Source: Eledone cirrhosa (taxonomy: Eukaryota). Taken from it: DNA of 64,000 bases. Position numbers and translations under genes: made by a program. The notes beneath the pieces are model-generated. The model did not search any database. It saw only the letters and a list, made by a program, of their open reading frames with translations, and was not told the DNA's origin. Each line of letters opens with the position of its first letter. The first letter of the stretch is position 1. Positions 1 to 14,120 of this stretch are shown here, piece after piece. Location of the stretch: the NCBI GenBank assembly GCA_964016885.1, contig OZ024740.1, positions 428,916,001 to 428,980,000 on the forward strand, given 5' to 3'.

Positions 1-3000
1 TCAGAGCAGAAACTGTCAGGAGGGCTGGACAGCAGAAGGTCTTTGGAGAAGAAACTGTCAGGAGAGATGGACAGCAGAATGTCTTCAGAGAAGAAACTGT
101 CAGGAGAGCTGGGCAGCAGACGGTCTTTACGGAAGAAACTGTGAGGAGAGCTGGACAGCAGAACGTCTTTGGAGAAGAAACTGTCAGGGGAGCTGGACAG
201 CAGAAGGTCTTTGGAGAAGAAACTGTCAGAGGAGCTGCAGAGCAGAAGGTCTTTGGAGAAGAAACTGTCAGGCGAGCTGGACAACTGAAGGTCTTTGGAG
301 AAGAAACTGTCAGGAGAGCTGGACAACAGAAGGTCTTTGGAGAAGAAACTGTCAGGAGAGCTGGACAACAGAAGGTCTTTGGAGAAGAAACTGTCAGGAG
401 AGATGGACAACAGAATGTCTTTGGAGAAGAAACTGTCAGGAGAGCTGGACAACTGAAGGTCTTTGGAGAAGAAACTTTCAGGAGAGATGGACAACAGAAG
501 GTCTTCAGAGAAGAAACTGTCAGGAGAGCTGGGCAGCAGACGGTCTTTAGAGAAGAAACTGTCAGGAGAGCTGGGCAGCAGAAGGTCTTTGGAGAAGAAA
601 CTGTCAGGAGAGCTGGACAGCAGAAGGTCTTTGGTGAAGAAACTCTGAGGAGAGCTGGAATACAGAAGGTCCTTAGAGAAGAAACTGTAAGGAGAGCTGG
701 ACAGCAGAAGGTCTTCAGAGAATAAAACTGTCAGGAGAGCTGGACAGCAGAAGGTCTTTGGAGTACAAACTGTCAGGAGAGCTGGACAACAGAAGGTCTT
801 CAGAGAAGAAACTGTCAGGAGAGCTGGACGACAGAAGGTCTTTGGAGAAGAAACTGTCAGGTGAGTTGGACAGGAGAAGGTTTGCAGTGAAGAAACTGTC
901 AGGAGAGCTGGACAGCAGAAGGTCTTTGGAGTACAAACTGTCAGGAGAGCTGGACAACAGAAGGTCTTCAGAGAAGAAACTGTCAGGAGAGCAGGACAAC
1001 AGAAGGTCTTTGGAGAAGAAACTGTCAGGTGAGTTGGACAGGAGAAGGTTTGCAGTGAAGAAACTGTCAGGAGAGCTGGACAGCAGAAGGTCTTATCTGA
1101 AGAAACTCTGAGGAGAGCTGGACAGCAGAATGTCTTTGGAGAAGTTACTGTCAGGAGAGGTGGACAGCAGACGGTCTTTGGGGAAGAAACTGTCAGGAGA
1201 GATGGACAGCAGAAGGTCTTCAGAGAAGAAACTGTCAGGAGTGCTGGAATGCAGAAGGTCTTCAGAGAAGAAACTCTGAGGAGAGCTGGACAGTAGAGGG
1301 TCTTCAGAGAAGAAACTGTCAGGAGACTTGGGCAGGAGAAGGTCTTCAGAGAAGAAACTGTGAGGAGAGCTGGACAGCAGAAGGTCTTTGGAGAAGTAAC
1401 TGTCAGGAGGGCTGGACAACAGAAGGTCTTCAGAGCAGAAACTGTCAGGAGGGCTGGACAGCAGAAGGTCTTTGGTGAAGAAACTGTCAGGAGAGCTGGG
1501 TAGCAGACGGTCTTTACGGAAGAAACTGTGAGGAGAGCTGGACAGCAGAACGTCTTTGGAGAAGAAACTGTCAGGGGAGCTGGACAGCAGAAGGTCTTTG
1601 GAGAAGAAACTGTCAGAGGAGCTGCAGAGCAGAAGGTCTTTGGTGAAGAAACTCTCAGGAGAGCTGGACAGCAGAAGGTATTTGGAGAAGAAACTGTCAG
1701 AGGAGCTGCAGAGCAGAAGGTCTTTGGTGAAGTTACTGTCAGGAGAGCTGGACAGCAGAAGGTCTTTGGTGAAGAACCTCTGAGGAGAGCTGGACAGCAG
1801 AAGGTCTTTGGAGAAGAAACTCTCAGGAGAGCTGGACAGCAGAAGGTCTTTGGTGCAGAAACTGTCAGGAGAGCTGGACAACAAAAGATCTTTGGAGAAG
1901 AAACTCTCAGGAGAGCTGGACAGCAAAAGATCTTTGGAGAAGAATCTCTCAGGAGAGCTGGACAGCAGAAGGTCTTCAGAGAAGGAAGTGTCAGGAGAGC
2001 TGGACAACAGAAGGTCTTTGGAGAAGAAACTGTCAGGAGAGCTGGACAGCAGAAGTTCTTTAGAGAAGAAACTCTCAGGAGAGCTGGACAGCAGACGGTC
2101 TTTGGAGAAAGAACTCTCAGGAGGGCTGTACAGTAGAAGGTCGTTGAAGAAGAAACTGTCAGGAGAGCTGGACAGCAGAAGTTCATTGGAGAAGAAACTC
2201 TCAGGTGAGCTGGACAGCAGAAGATCTTTGGAGAAGAAACTCTCAGCAGAGCTGGACAGCAGAAGGTCTTCAGAGAAGAAACTGTCAGGCGAGCTGGACA
2301 ACTGAAGGTCTTTGGAGAAGAAACTGTCAGGAGAGCTAGACAACAGAAGGTCTTTGGAGAAGAAACTGTCAGGAGAGCTGGACAACAGAAGGTCTTTGGA
2401 GAAGAAACTGTCAGGAGAGATGGACAACAGAATGTCTTTGGAGAAGAAACTGTCAGGAGAGCTGGACAACTGAAGGTCTTTGGAGAAGAAACTTTCAGGA
2501 GAGATGGACAACAGAAGGTCTTCAGAGAAGAAACTGTCAGGAGAGCTGGGCAGCAGACGGTCTTTAGAGAAGAAACTGTCAGGAGAGCTGGGCAGCAGAA
2601 GGTCTTTGGAGAAGAAACTGTCAGGAGAGCTGGACAGCAGAAGGTCTTTGGTGAAGAAACTCTAAGGAGAGCTGGAATACAGAAGGTCCTTAGAGAAGAA
2701 ACTGTAAGGAGAGCTGGACAGCAGAAGGTCTTCAGAGAATAAAACTGTCAGGAGAACTGGACAGCAGAAGGTCTTTGGAGTACAAACTGTCAGGAGAGCT
2801 GGACAACAGAAGGTCTTCAGAGAAGAAACTGTCAGGAGAGCTGGACAACAGAAGGTCTTTGGAGAAGAAACTGTCAGGTGAGTTGGACAGGAGAAGGTTT
2901 GCAGTGAAGAAACTGTCAGGAGAGCTGGACAGCAGAAGGTCTTTGGAGTACAAACTGTCAGGAGAGCTGGACAACAGAAGGTCTTCAGAGAAGAAACTGT

Positions 3001-6000
3001 CAGGAGAGCAGGACAACAGAAGGTCTTTGGAGAAGAAACTGTCAGGTGAGTTGGACAGGAGAAGGTTTGCAGTGAAGAAACTGTCAGGAGAGCTGGACAG
3101 CAGAAGGTCTTATCTGAAGAAACTCTGAGGAGAGCTGGAGAGCAGAATGTCTTTGGAGAAGTTACTGTCAGGAGAGGTGGACAGCAGAAGGTCTTTGGGG
3201 AAGAAACTGTCAGGAGAGATGGACAGCAGAAGGTCTTCAGAGAAGAAACTGTCAGGAGTGCTGGAATGCAGAAGGTCTTCAGAGAAGAAACTCTGAGGAG
3301 AGCTGGACAGTAGAGGGTCTTCAGAGAAGAAACTGTCAGGAGACTTGGGCAGGAGAAGGTCTTCAGAGAAGAAACTGTGAGGAGAGCTGGACAGCAGAAG
3401 GTCTTTGGAGAAGTAACTGTCAGGAGGGCTGGACAACAGAAGGTCTTCAGAGCAGAAACTGTCAGGAGGGCTGGACAGCAGAAGGTCTTTGGAGAAGAAA
3501 CTGTCAGGAGAGATGGACAGCAGAAGGTCTTCAGAGAAGAAACTGTCAGGAGAGCTCGGCAGCAGACGGTCTTTACGGAAGAAACTGTGAGGAGAGCTGG
3601 ACAGCAGAACGTCTTTGGAGAAGAAACTGTCAGGGGAGCTGGACAGCAGAAGGTCTTTGGAGAAGAAACTGTCAGAGGAGCTGCAGAGCAGAAGGTCTTT
3701 GGTGAAGAAACTCTCAGGAGAGCTGGACAGCAGAAGGTATTTGGAGAAGAAACTGTCAGAGGAGCTGCAGAGCAGAAGGTCTTTGGTGAAGAAACTCTCA
3801 GGAGAGCTGGACAGCAGAAGGTCTTTGGTGAAGAACCTCTGAGGAGAGCTGGACAGCAGAAGGTCTTTGGAGAAGAAACTCTCAGGAGAGCTGGACAGCA
3901 GAAGGTCTTTGGTGCAGAAACTGTCAGGAGAGCTGGACAACAAAAGATCTTTGGAGAAGAAACTCTCAGGAGAGCTGGACAGCAAAAGATCTTTGGAGAA
4001 GAAACTCTCAGGAGAGCTGGACAGCAGAAGGTCTTCAGAGAAGGAAGTGTCAGGAGAGCTGGACAACAGAAGGTCTTTGGAGAAGAAACTGTCAGGAGAG
4101 CTGGACAGCAGAAGTTCTTTAGAGAAGAAACTCTCAGGAGAGCTGGACAGCAGACGGTCTTTGGAGAAAGAACTCTCAGGAGGGCTGTACAGTAGAAGGT
4201 CGTTGAAGAAGAAACTGTCAGGAGAGCTGGACAGCAGAAGTTCATTGGAGAAGAAACTCTCAGGTGAGCTGGACAGCAGAAGATCTTTGGAGAAGAAACT
4301 CTCAGCAGAGCTGGACAGCAGAAGGTCTTCAGAGAAGGAATTCTGAGGAGAGCTGGACATCAGAAGGTCTTCAGAGAAGAAACTGTCAGGAGAGCTGGAC
4401 AACAGAAGGTCTTTGGAGATGAAACTGTCAGGCGAGCTGGACAACTGAAGGTCTTTGGAGAAGAAACTCTCAGGAGAGCTGGACAACTGAAGGTCTTTGG
4501 AGAAGAAACTGTCAGGAGAGCTGGACAACAGAAGGTCTTTGGAGAAGAAACTGTCAGGAGAGATGGACAACAGAATGTCTTTGGAGAAGAAACTGTCAGG
4601 AGAGCTGGACAACTGAAGGTCTTTGGAGAAGAAACTTTCAGGAGAGATGGACAACAGAAGGTCTTCAGAGAAGAAACTGTCAGGAGAGCTGGGCAGCAGA
4701 AGGTCTTTGGAGAAGAAACTGTCAGGAGAGCTGGACAGCAGAAGGTCTTTGGTGAAGAAACTGTCAGCAGAAGGTCTATAGAGAAGAAACTGTCAGGAGA
4801 GCTGGACAGCAGAAGGTCTTTGGAGAAGAAACTGTCAGGAGAGCTTGACAGCAGAAGGTCTTTACAGAAGAAACTCTCAGGAGAGCTGGACAGCAGAACG
4901 TCTTTGGATAAGAAACTGTCAGGAGAGCTGGATCATAGAAGGTCTTTGGAGAAGAAACTGTCAGGAGAGCTGGACAGCAGAAGGTCTTCAGAGAAGAAAC
5001 TGTCAGGAGAGATGGACAACAGAAGGTCTTCAGAGAAGAAACAGTCAGGAGAGCTGGACAGCAGAAGGTCTTCAGAGAAGAAACAGTCAGGAGAACTGAA
5101 AAGCAGATGGTCTTCAGAGAGGAAACTGTCAGGAGAGCTGGTCAGCAGAAGGTGTTTAGAGAAGAAACTCTCAGGAGAGCTGGACAGGTGAAGGTCTTCA
5201 GAGAAGAAACTGTGAATAGAGCTGGACAGTAGAAGGTCTTCAGAGAAGAAACTGTCAAGAGAGCTGGACAGTAGAAGGTCTTCATAAAAGAAATTGTCAG
5301 GAGAGCTGGACAGTAGAAAGTCTTCAGAGAAGAAACTGTCAGGAGAGCTGGACAGTAGAATGTCTTCAGAGAAGAAACTGTCAGGAGAGCTGGGCAGCAG
5401 ACGGTCTTTACGGAAGAAATTGTCAGGAGGGCTGGACAGCAGAAGGTCTTTGAAGAAGAAACTGTCAGGGGAGCTGCAGAGCAGAAGGTCTTTGGTGAAG
5501 AATCTCTCAGGAGAGCTGGACAGCAGAAGGTATTTGGAGAAGAAACTCTCAGGAGAGCTGGACAGCAGAACGTCTTTGGTGAAGAAACTCTGAGGAGAGC
5601 TGGACAGCAGAAGGTCTTTGGAGAATAAACTGTCAGGAGAGCTGGACAGCAGAAGGTCTTCAGAGAATAAAACTGTCAGGAGAGCTGGACAGCAGAAGGT
5701 CTTTGGAGTACAAACTGTCAGGCGAGCTGGACAACTGAAGGTCTTTGGAGAAGAAACTGTTAGGAGAGCTGGACAACTGAAGGTCTTTGGAGAAGAAACT
5801 GTCAGGAGAGCTGGACAACAGAAGGTCTTTGGAGAAGAAACTGTCAGGAGAGATGGACAACAGAATGTCTTTGGAGAAGAAACTGTCAGGAGAGCTGGAC
5901 AACTGAAGGTCTTTGGAGAAGAAACTTTCAGGAGAGATGGACAACAGAAGGTCTTCAGAGAAGAAACTGTCAGGATAGCTGGGCAGCAGACGGTCTTTAG

Positions 6001-9000
6001 AGAAGAAACTGTCAGGAGAGCTGGGCAGCAGAAGGTCTTTGGAGAAGAAACTGTCAGGAGAGCTGGACAGCAGAAGGTCTTTGGTGAAGAAACTGTCAGG
6101 AGAGCTGGAATACAGAAGGTCATTAGAGAAGAAACTGTAAGGAGAGCTGGACAGCAGAAGGTCTCCAGAGAATAAAACTGTCAGGAGAGCTGGACAGCAG
6201 AAGGTCTTTGGAGTACAAACTGTCAGGAGAGCTGGACAACAGAAGGTCTTCAGAGAAGAAACTGTCAGGAGAGCTGGACAACAGAAGGTCTTTGGAGAAG
6301 AAACTGTCAGGTGAGTTGGACAGGAGAAGGTTTGCAGTGAAGAAACTGTCAGGAGAACTGGACAGCCGAAGGTCTTATGTGAAGAAACTCTGAGGAGAGC
6401 TGGACAGCAGAATGTCTTTGGAGAAGTTACTGTCAGGTGAGGTGGACATCAGAAGGTTTTTGGGGAAGAAACTGTCAGGAGAGATGGACAGCAGAAGGTC
6501 TTCAGAGAAGAAACTGTCAGGAGTGCTGGAATGCAGAAGGTCTTCAGAGAAGAAACTCTGAGGAGAGCTGGACAGTAGAGGGTCTTCAGAGAAGAAACTG
6601 TCAGGAGACTTGGGCAGGAGAAGGTCTTCAGAGAAGAAACTGTGAGGAGAGCTGGACAGCAGAAGGTCTTTGGAGAAGTAACTGTCAGGAGGGCTGGACA
6701 ACAGAAGGTCTTCAGAGCAGAAACTGTCAGGAGGGCTGGACAGCAGAAGGTCTTTGGAGAAGAAACTGTCAGGAGAGATGGACAGCAGAATGTCTTCAGA
6801 GAAGAAACTGTCAGGAGAGCTGGGCAGCAGACGGTCTTTACGGAAGAAACTGTGAGGAGAGCTGGACAGCAGAACGTCTTTGGGGAAGAAACTGTCAGGG
6901 GAGCTGGACAGCAGAAGGTCTTTGGAGAAGAAACTGTCAGAGGAGCTGCAGAGCAGAAGGTCTTTGGAGAAGAAACTGTCAGGCGAGCTGGACAACTGAA
7001 GGTCTTTGGAGAAGAAACTGTCAGGAGAGCTGGACAACTGAAGGTCTTTGGAGAAGAAACTGTCAGGAGAGCTGGACAACAGAAGGTCTTTGGAGAAGAA
7101 ACTGTCAGGAGAGATGGACAACAGAATGTCTTTGGAGAAGAAACTGTCAGGAGAGCTGGACAACTGAAGGTCTTTGGAGAAGAAACTTTCAGGAGAGATG
7201 GACAACAGAAGGTCTTCAGAGAAGAAACTGTCAGGAGAGCTGGGCAGCAGACGGTCTTTAGAGAAAAAACTGTCAGGAGAGCTGGGCAGCAGAAGGTGTT
7301 TGGAGAAGAAACTGTCAGGAGAGCTGGACAGCAGAAGGTCTTTGGTGAAGAAACTCTGAGGAGAGCTGGAATACAGAAGGTCCTTAGAGAAGAAACTGTA
7401 AGGAGAGCTGGACAGCAGAAGGTCTTCAGAGAATAAAACTGTCAGGAGAGCTGGACAGCAGAAGGTCTTTGGAATACAAACTGTCAGGAGAGCTGGACAA
7501 CAGAAGGTCTTCAGAGAAGAAACTGTCAGGAGAGTTGGACAACAGAAGGTCTTTGGAGAAGAAACTGTCAGGTGAGTTGGACAGGAGAAGGTTTGCAGTG
7601 AAGAAACTGTCAGGAGAGCTGGACAGCAGAAGGTCTTTGGAGTACAAACTGTCAGGAGAGCTGGACAACAGAAGGTCTTCAGAGAAGAAACTGTCAGGAG
7701 AGCAGGACAACAGAAGGTCTTTGGAGAAGAAACTGTCAGGTGAGTTGGACAGGAGAAGGTTTGCAGTGAAGAAACTGTCAGGAGAGCTGGACAGCAGAAG
7801 GTCTTATCTGAAGAAACTCTGAGGAGAGCTGGACAGCAGAATGTCTTTGGAGAAGTTACTGTCAGGAGAGGTGGATAGCAGAAGGTATTTGGAGAAGAAA
7901 CTGTCAGAGGAGCTGCAGAGCAGAAGGTCTTTGGTGAAGAAACTCTCAGGAGAGCTGGACAGCAGAAGGTCTTTGGTGAAGAACCTCTGAGGAGAGCTGG
8001 ACAGCAGAAGGTCTTTGGAGAAGAAACTCTCAGGAGAGCTGGACAGCAGAAGGTCTTTGGTGCAGAAACTGTCAGGAGAGCTGGACAACAAAAGATCTTT
8101 GGAGAAGAAACTCTCAGGAGAGCTGGACAGCAAAAGATCTTTGGAGAAGAAACTCTCTGGAGAGCTGGACAGCAGAAGGTCTTCAGAGAAGGAAGTGTCA
8201 GGAGAGCTGGACAACAGAAGGTCTTTGGAGAAGAAACTGTCAGGAGAGCTGGACAGCAGAAGTTCTTTAGAGAAGAAACTCTCAGGAGAGCTGGACAGCA
8301 GACGGTCTTTGGAGAAAGAACTCTCAGGAGGGCTGTACAGTAGAAGGTCTTTGAAGAAGAAACTGTCAGGAGAGCTGGACAGCAGAAGTTCATTGGAGAA
8401 GAAACTCTCAGGTGAGCTGGACAGCAGAAGATCTTTGGAGAAGAAACTCTCAGCAGAGCTGGACAGCAGAAGGTCTTCAGAGAAGAAACTGTCAGGCGAG
8501 CTGGACAACAGAAGGTCTTTGGAGAAGAAACTGTCAGGAGAGCTAGACAACAGAAGGTCTTTGGAGAAGAAACTGTCAGGAGAGCTGGACAACAGAAGGT
8601 CTTTGGAGAAGAAACTGTCAGGAGAGATGGACAACAGAATGTCTTTGGAGAAGAAACTGTCAGGAGAGCTGGACAACTGAAGGTCTTTGGAGAAGAACTT
8701 TCAGGAGAGATGGACAACAGAAGGTTTTCAGAGAAGAAACTGTCAGGAGAGCTGGGCAGCAGACGGTCTTTAGAGAAAAAACTGTCAGGAGAGCTGGGCA
8801 GCAGAAGGTCTTTGGAGAAGAAACTGTCAGGAGAGCTGGACAGCAGAAGGTCTTTGGTGAAGAAACTCTGAGGAGAGCTGGAATACAGAAGGTCCTTAGA
8901 GAAGAAACTGTAAGGAGAGCTGGACAGCAGAAGGTCTTTGGAGTACAAACTGTCAGGAGAGCTGGACAACAGAAGGTCTTCAGAGAAGAAACTGTCAGGA

Positions 9001-12000
9001 GAGCTGGACAACAGAAGGTCTTTGGAGAAGAAACTGTCAGGTGAGTTGGACAGGAGAAGGTTTGCAGTGAAGAAACTGTCAGGAGAGCTGGACAGCAGAA
9101 GGTCTTTGGAGTACAAACTGTCAGGAGAGCTGGACAACAGAAGGTCTTCAGAGAAGAAACTGTCAGGAGAGCAGGACAACAGAAGGTCTTTGGAGAAGAA
9201 ACTGTCAGGTGAGTTGGACAGGAGAAGGTTTGCAGTGAAGAAACTGTCAGGAGAGCTGGACAGCAGAAGGTCTTATCTGAAGAAACTCTGAGGAGAGATG
9301 GACAGCAGAATGTCTTTGGAGAAGTTACTGTCAGGAGAGGTGGACAGCAGAAGGTCTTTGGGGAAGAAACTGTCAGGAGAGATGGACAGCAGAAGGTCTT
9401 CAGAGAAGAAACTGTCAGGAGTGCTGGAATGCAGAAGGTCTTCAGAGAAGAAACTCTGAGGAGAGCTGGACAGTAGAGGGTCTTCAGAGAAGAAATTGTC
9501 AGGAGACTTGGGCAGGAGAAGGTCTTCAGAGAAGAAACTGTGAGGAGAGCTGGACAGCAGAAGGTCTTTGGAGAAGTAACTGTCAGGAGGGCTGGACAAC
9601 AGAAGGTCTTCAGAGCAGAAACTGTCAGGAGGGCTGGACAGCAGAAGGTCTTTGGAGAAGAAACTGTCAGGAGAGATGGACAGCAGAAGGTCTTCAGAGA
9701 AGAAACTGTCAGGAGAGCTGGGCAGCAGACGGTCTTTACGGAAGAAACTGTGAGGAGAGCTGGACAGCAGAACGTCTTTGGAGAAGAAACTGTCAGGGGA
9801 GCTGGACAGCAGAAGGTCTTTGGAGAAGAAACTGTCAGAGGAGCTGCAGAGCAGAAGGTCTTTGGTGAAGAAACTCTCAGGAGAGCTGGACAGCAGAAGG
9901 TATTTGGAGAAGAAACTGTCAGAGGAGCTGCAGAGCAGAAGGTCTTTGGTGAAGAAACTCTCAGGAGAGCTGGACAGCAGAAGGTCTTTGGTGAAGAACC
10001 TCTGAGGAGAGCTGGACAGCAGAAGGTCTTTGGAGAAGAAACTCTCAGGAGAGCTGGACAGCAGAAGGTCTTTGGTGCAGAAACTGTCAGGAGAGCTGGA
10101 CAACAAAAGATCTTTGGAGAAGAAACTGTCAGGAGAGCTGGACAGCAAAAGATCTTTGGAGAAGAAACTCTCAGGAGAGCTGGACAGCAGAAGGTCTTCA
10201 GAGAAGGAAGTGTCAGGAGAGCTGGACAACAGAAGGTCTTTGGAGAAGAAACTGTCAGGAGAGCTGGACAGCAGAAGTTCTTTAGAGAAGAAACTCTCAG
10301 GAGAGCTGGACAGCAGACGGTCTTTGTAGAAAGAACTCTCAGGAGGGCTGTACAGTAGAAGGTCGTTGAAGAAGAAACTGTCAGGAGAGCTGGACAGCAG
10401 AAGTTCATTGGAGAAGAAACTCTCAGGTGAGCTGGACAGCAGAAGATCTTTGGAGAAGAAACTCTCAGCAGAGCTGGACAGCAGAAGGTCTTCAGAGAAG
10501 GAATTCTGAGGAGAGCTGGACATCAGAAGGTCTTCAGAGAAGAAACTGTCAGGAGAGCTGGACAACAGAAGGTCTTTGGAGATGAAACTGTCAGGCGAGC
10601 TGGACAACTGAAGGTCTTTGGAGAAGAAACTCTCAGGAGAGCTGGACAACTGAAGGTCTTTGGAGAAGAAACTGTCAGGAGAGCTGGACAACAGAAGGTC
10701 TTTGGAGAAGAAACTGTCAGGAGAGATGGACAACAGAATGTCTTTGGAGAAGAAACTGTCAGGAGAGCTGGACAAGTGAAGGTCTTTGGAGAAGAAACTT
10801 TCAGGAGAGATGGACAACAGAAGGTCTTCAGAGAAGAAACTGTCAGGAGAGCTGGGCAGCAGAAGGTCTTTGGAGAAGAAACTGTCAGGAGAGCTGGACA
10901 GCAGAAGGTCTTTGGTGAAGAAACTGTCAGCAGAAGGTCTATAGAGAAGAAACTGTCAGGAGAGCTTGACAGCAGAAGGTCTTTGGAGAAGAAACTGTCA
11001 GGAGAGCTTGACAGCAGAAGGTCTTTACAGAAGAAACTCTCAGGAGAGCTGGACAGCAGAACGTCTTTGGATAAGAAACTGTCAGGAGAGCTGGATCATA
11101 GAAGGTCTTTGGAGAAGAAACTGTCAGGAGAGCTGGACAGCAGAAGGTCTTCAGAGAAGAAACTGTCAGGAGAGATGGACAACAGAAGGTCTTCAGAGAA
11201 GAAACAGTCAGGTGAGCTGGACAGCAGAAGGTCTTCAGAGAAGAAACAGTCAGGAGAACTGAAAAGCAGATGGTCTTCAGAGAGGAAACTGTCAGGAGAG
11301 CTGGTCAGCAGAAGGTCTTTAGAGAAGAAACTCTCAGGAGAGCTGGACAGGTGAAGGTCTTCAGAGAAGAAACTGTGAATAGAGCTGGACAGTAGAAGGT
11401 CTTCAGAGAAGAAACTGTCAAGAGAGCTGGACAGTAGAAGGTCTTCATAAAAGAAATTGTCAGGAGAGCTGGACAGTAGAAGGTCTTCAGAGAAGAGCCT
11501 GTCAGGAGAGCTGGACATCAGGTCTTCAGAGAAGGAACTGTCAGGAGAGCTGGACAGTAGAAAGTCTTCAGAGAAGGAACTGTCAGGAGAGCTGGACAGT
11601 AGAAAGTCTTCAGAGAAGAAACTGTCAGGAGAGCTGGACAGTAGAATGTCTTCAGAGAAGGAACTGTCAGGAGAGCTGGCATCAGAAGGTCTTTAGAGAA
11701 GTAACTTCAGGAGAGCTGGTCAGTAGAAGGTCTTCAGAGAAAACACTGTCAGGAGAGCTGGGCAGTTGAAGGTCTTCAGAGAAGGAATTGTCAGTAGAGA
11801 TGGACAACAGAAGATCTTCAGAGAAGAAACTGTCAGGAGAGCTGGGCAGCCGAAGGTCTTCAGAGAAGAAACTGTCAAGAGAGCTGGACAGTAGAAGGTC
11901 TTCAGAGAGGAAACTGTCAGGAGAGCTGGACAGCAGAAGGTCTTCAGACAAGAAACTGTCAGGAGATCTGGGCCGCAGAAGGTCTTTAGAGAAGAAACTC

Positions 12001-13323
12001 TCAGGAGAGCTGGACAGCTGCAGGTCTTCAGAGAAGAACTGTCAGGAGAGCTGGGTAGCAGAAGGTCTTTAGAGAAGAAACTGTCAATAGAGCTGGACAG
12101 TAGAAGGTCTTCAGAGAAGAAACTGTCAGGAGAGCTGGACAGTAGAAGGTCTTCAGAAAAGAAATTGTCAGGAGAGCTGGACAGGAGAAGGTCTTCAGAG
12201 AAGAAACTGTCAGCAGAGCTGGACATCAGGTCTTCAGAGAAGAAACTGTCAGGAGAGCTGGACAGTAGAAAGTCTTCAGAGAAGAAACTGTCTGGAGAGC
12301 TGGACAGTAGAAGGTCTTCAGAGAAGGAAATGTCAGGAGAGCTGGCATCAGAAGGTCTTTAGAGAAGTAACTGTCAGGAGAGCTGGACAGTAGAAGGTCT
12401 TCAGAGAAGAAACTGCCAGGAGATCTGGACAGTAGAAGGTCTTTAGAGAAAACACTGTCAGGAGAGCTGGCAGTTGAAGGTTTTCAGAGAAGGAACTGTC
12501 AGTAGAGATGGACAACAGAAGATCTTCAGAGAAGAAACTGTCAGGAGAGCTGGGCAGCAGAAGGTCTTTAGAGAAGAAACCGTCAAGAGAGCTGGACAGC
12601 AGAAGGTCTTCAGAGAAGAAACTGTCAGGAGAGTTGGACAGCAGAAGCTCTTCAGAGAAGAAACTGTCAAGAGAGCTGGACAGTAGAATGTCTTCAGAGC
12701 AGAAACTGTCAGGAGAGCTGGACAGCAGAAGGTCTTCAGAGAAGAAACTGTCAAGAGAGCTGGACAGTACAAGGTCTTCAGAGAAGAAACTGTCATGCGA
12801 GCTGCACAACAGAAGGTCTCCAGAGAAGAAACTCTCAGGTGAACTGGACAGTAGAAGGTCTTCAGAGAATAAACTGTCAGGAGAGCTGGGCAGCAGAAGG
12901 TCTTTAGAGAAGAACTGTCAAGAGAGCTGGGCAGCAGAATGTTCTCAGAGAAGAAACTGTCAGTAGAGCTGGACAGCAGAAGGTCTTTAGAGAAGAAACT
13001 GTCAGGAGAGCTAGACAGCAGAAATCTTCAGAGAAGAAACTGTCAGTAGAGATGAGCAGCAGACGGTCTTGAGAGAAGAAACTGTCAGGAGAGCTGGACA
13101 GTAGAAGGTCTTCATAGAAGAAGCTGTCAGGAGAGCTGGACAACAGAAGGTCTTCAGAGAAGCAACTGTCAGGAGAGCTGGACAGCAGAATGTCTTCAGA
13201 GTAGAAACTATCAGGAGAGCTAGACAGTAGAAGGTCTGCAGAGAAGAAACCGTCAGGAGAGCTGGACAGTAGAAGGTCTTCAGAGAAGAAACTGTCAAGA
13301 GAGCTGGACAGCAGAAGGTCTTT
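1..13323. repeat. 42-bp satellite array (~315 units; continues off the left edge), consensus GGAGAAGAAACTGTCAGGAGAGCTGGACAGCAGAAGGTCTTT
   Basis: Unit read directly; 14-aa periodicity in all ORF frames (RRAGQQKVFGEETV); scattered stops and frameshifts; ends abruptly at ~13323. Confidence 0.97.
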
Positions 13324-13434
13324 AATTCCTTCTCATTCATCTTTTTTACTCCCTACTCCTACGTTCACTAACAATTTCTCCTTCGTCCTCTTCTTCGATT
13401 TCTTCCTTCTGCTAATTCTTCCTCTCTTTCTTCT

Positions 13435-14077
13435 CCTTTCTTCTTCTTCTTCTTCTTCTTCTTCTTCTTCTTCTTCTTCTTCTTCTTCTTTTTTTCTTCT
13501 TCTTCTTCTTCTTCTTCTTTATTTTACTCCAACACACTTTAAATTTATTTATTCATTCATTTTTAACAAATTTAAGTTGATTTTTATAAAGCTCTCATAA
13601 AATTATACATTATTTACAATTTCATTTCAATTTACTTTTAATTAATCTCTTTCGATAAACACAGACAAACACATACAAACATGCACCATATATATTTACA
13701 TATATATGTATATGCATATGTATATATATATATATGCATATATATATACATATATATGAGTGTGTGTATGTATATACATGTATATATATATGTATGTATA
13801 TATATATATGTATATATATGTCTGTGTATATATATATAGATATGCATATGTATATGTATATATATGTATATATATATACTGTATATGTATGTATATATTT
13901 TTATATGTGTATATATGCATATATATATATATATATATATACATATACATGAATACATATATATATATATAAACACACACACATGTATATATATACATGT
14001 AAATATATACATATATATATATATATATATACATATATATACATATATATCTATATACATATATATATATATACATT

Positions 14078-14120
<43 letters not shown>

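Noticed and set aside
1-13323. Long repetitive ORFs (up to 934 aa) in the 42-bp array
   Set aside because: Unit length is divisible by 3, all frames are similarly open, and stops and frameshifts are scattered; no unique coding flanks
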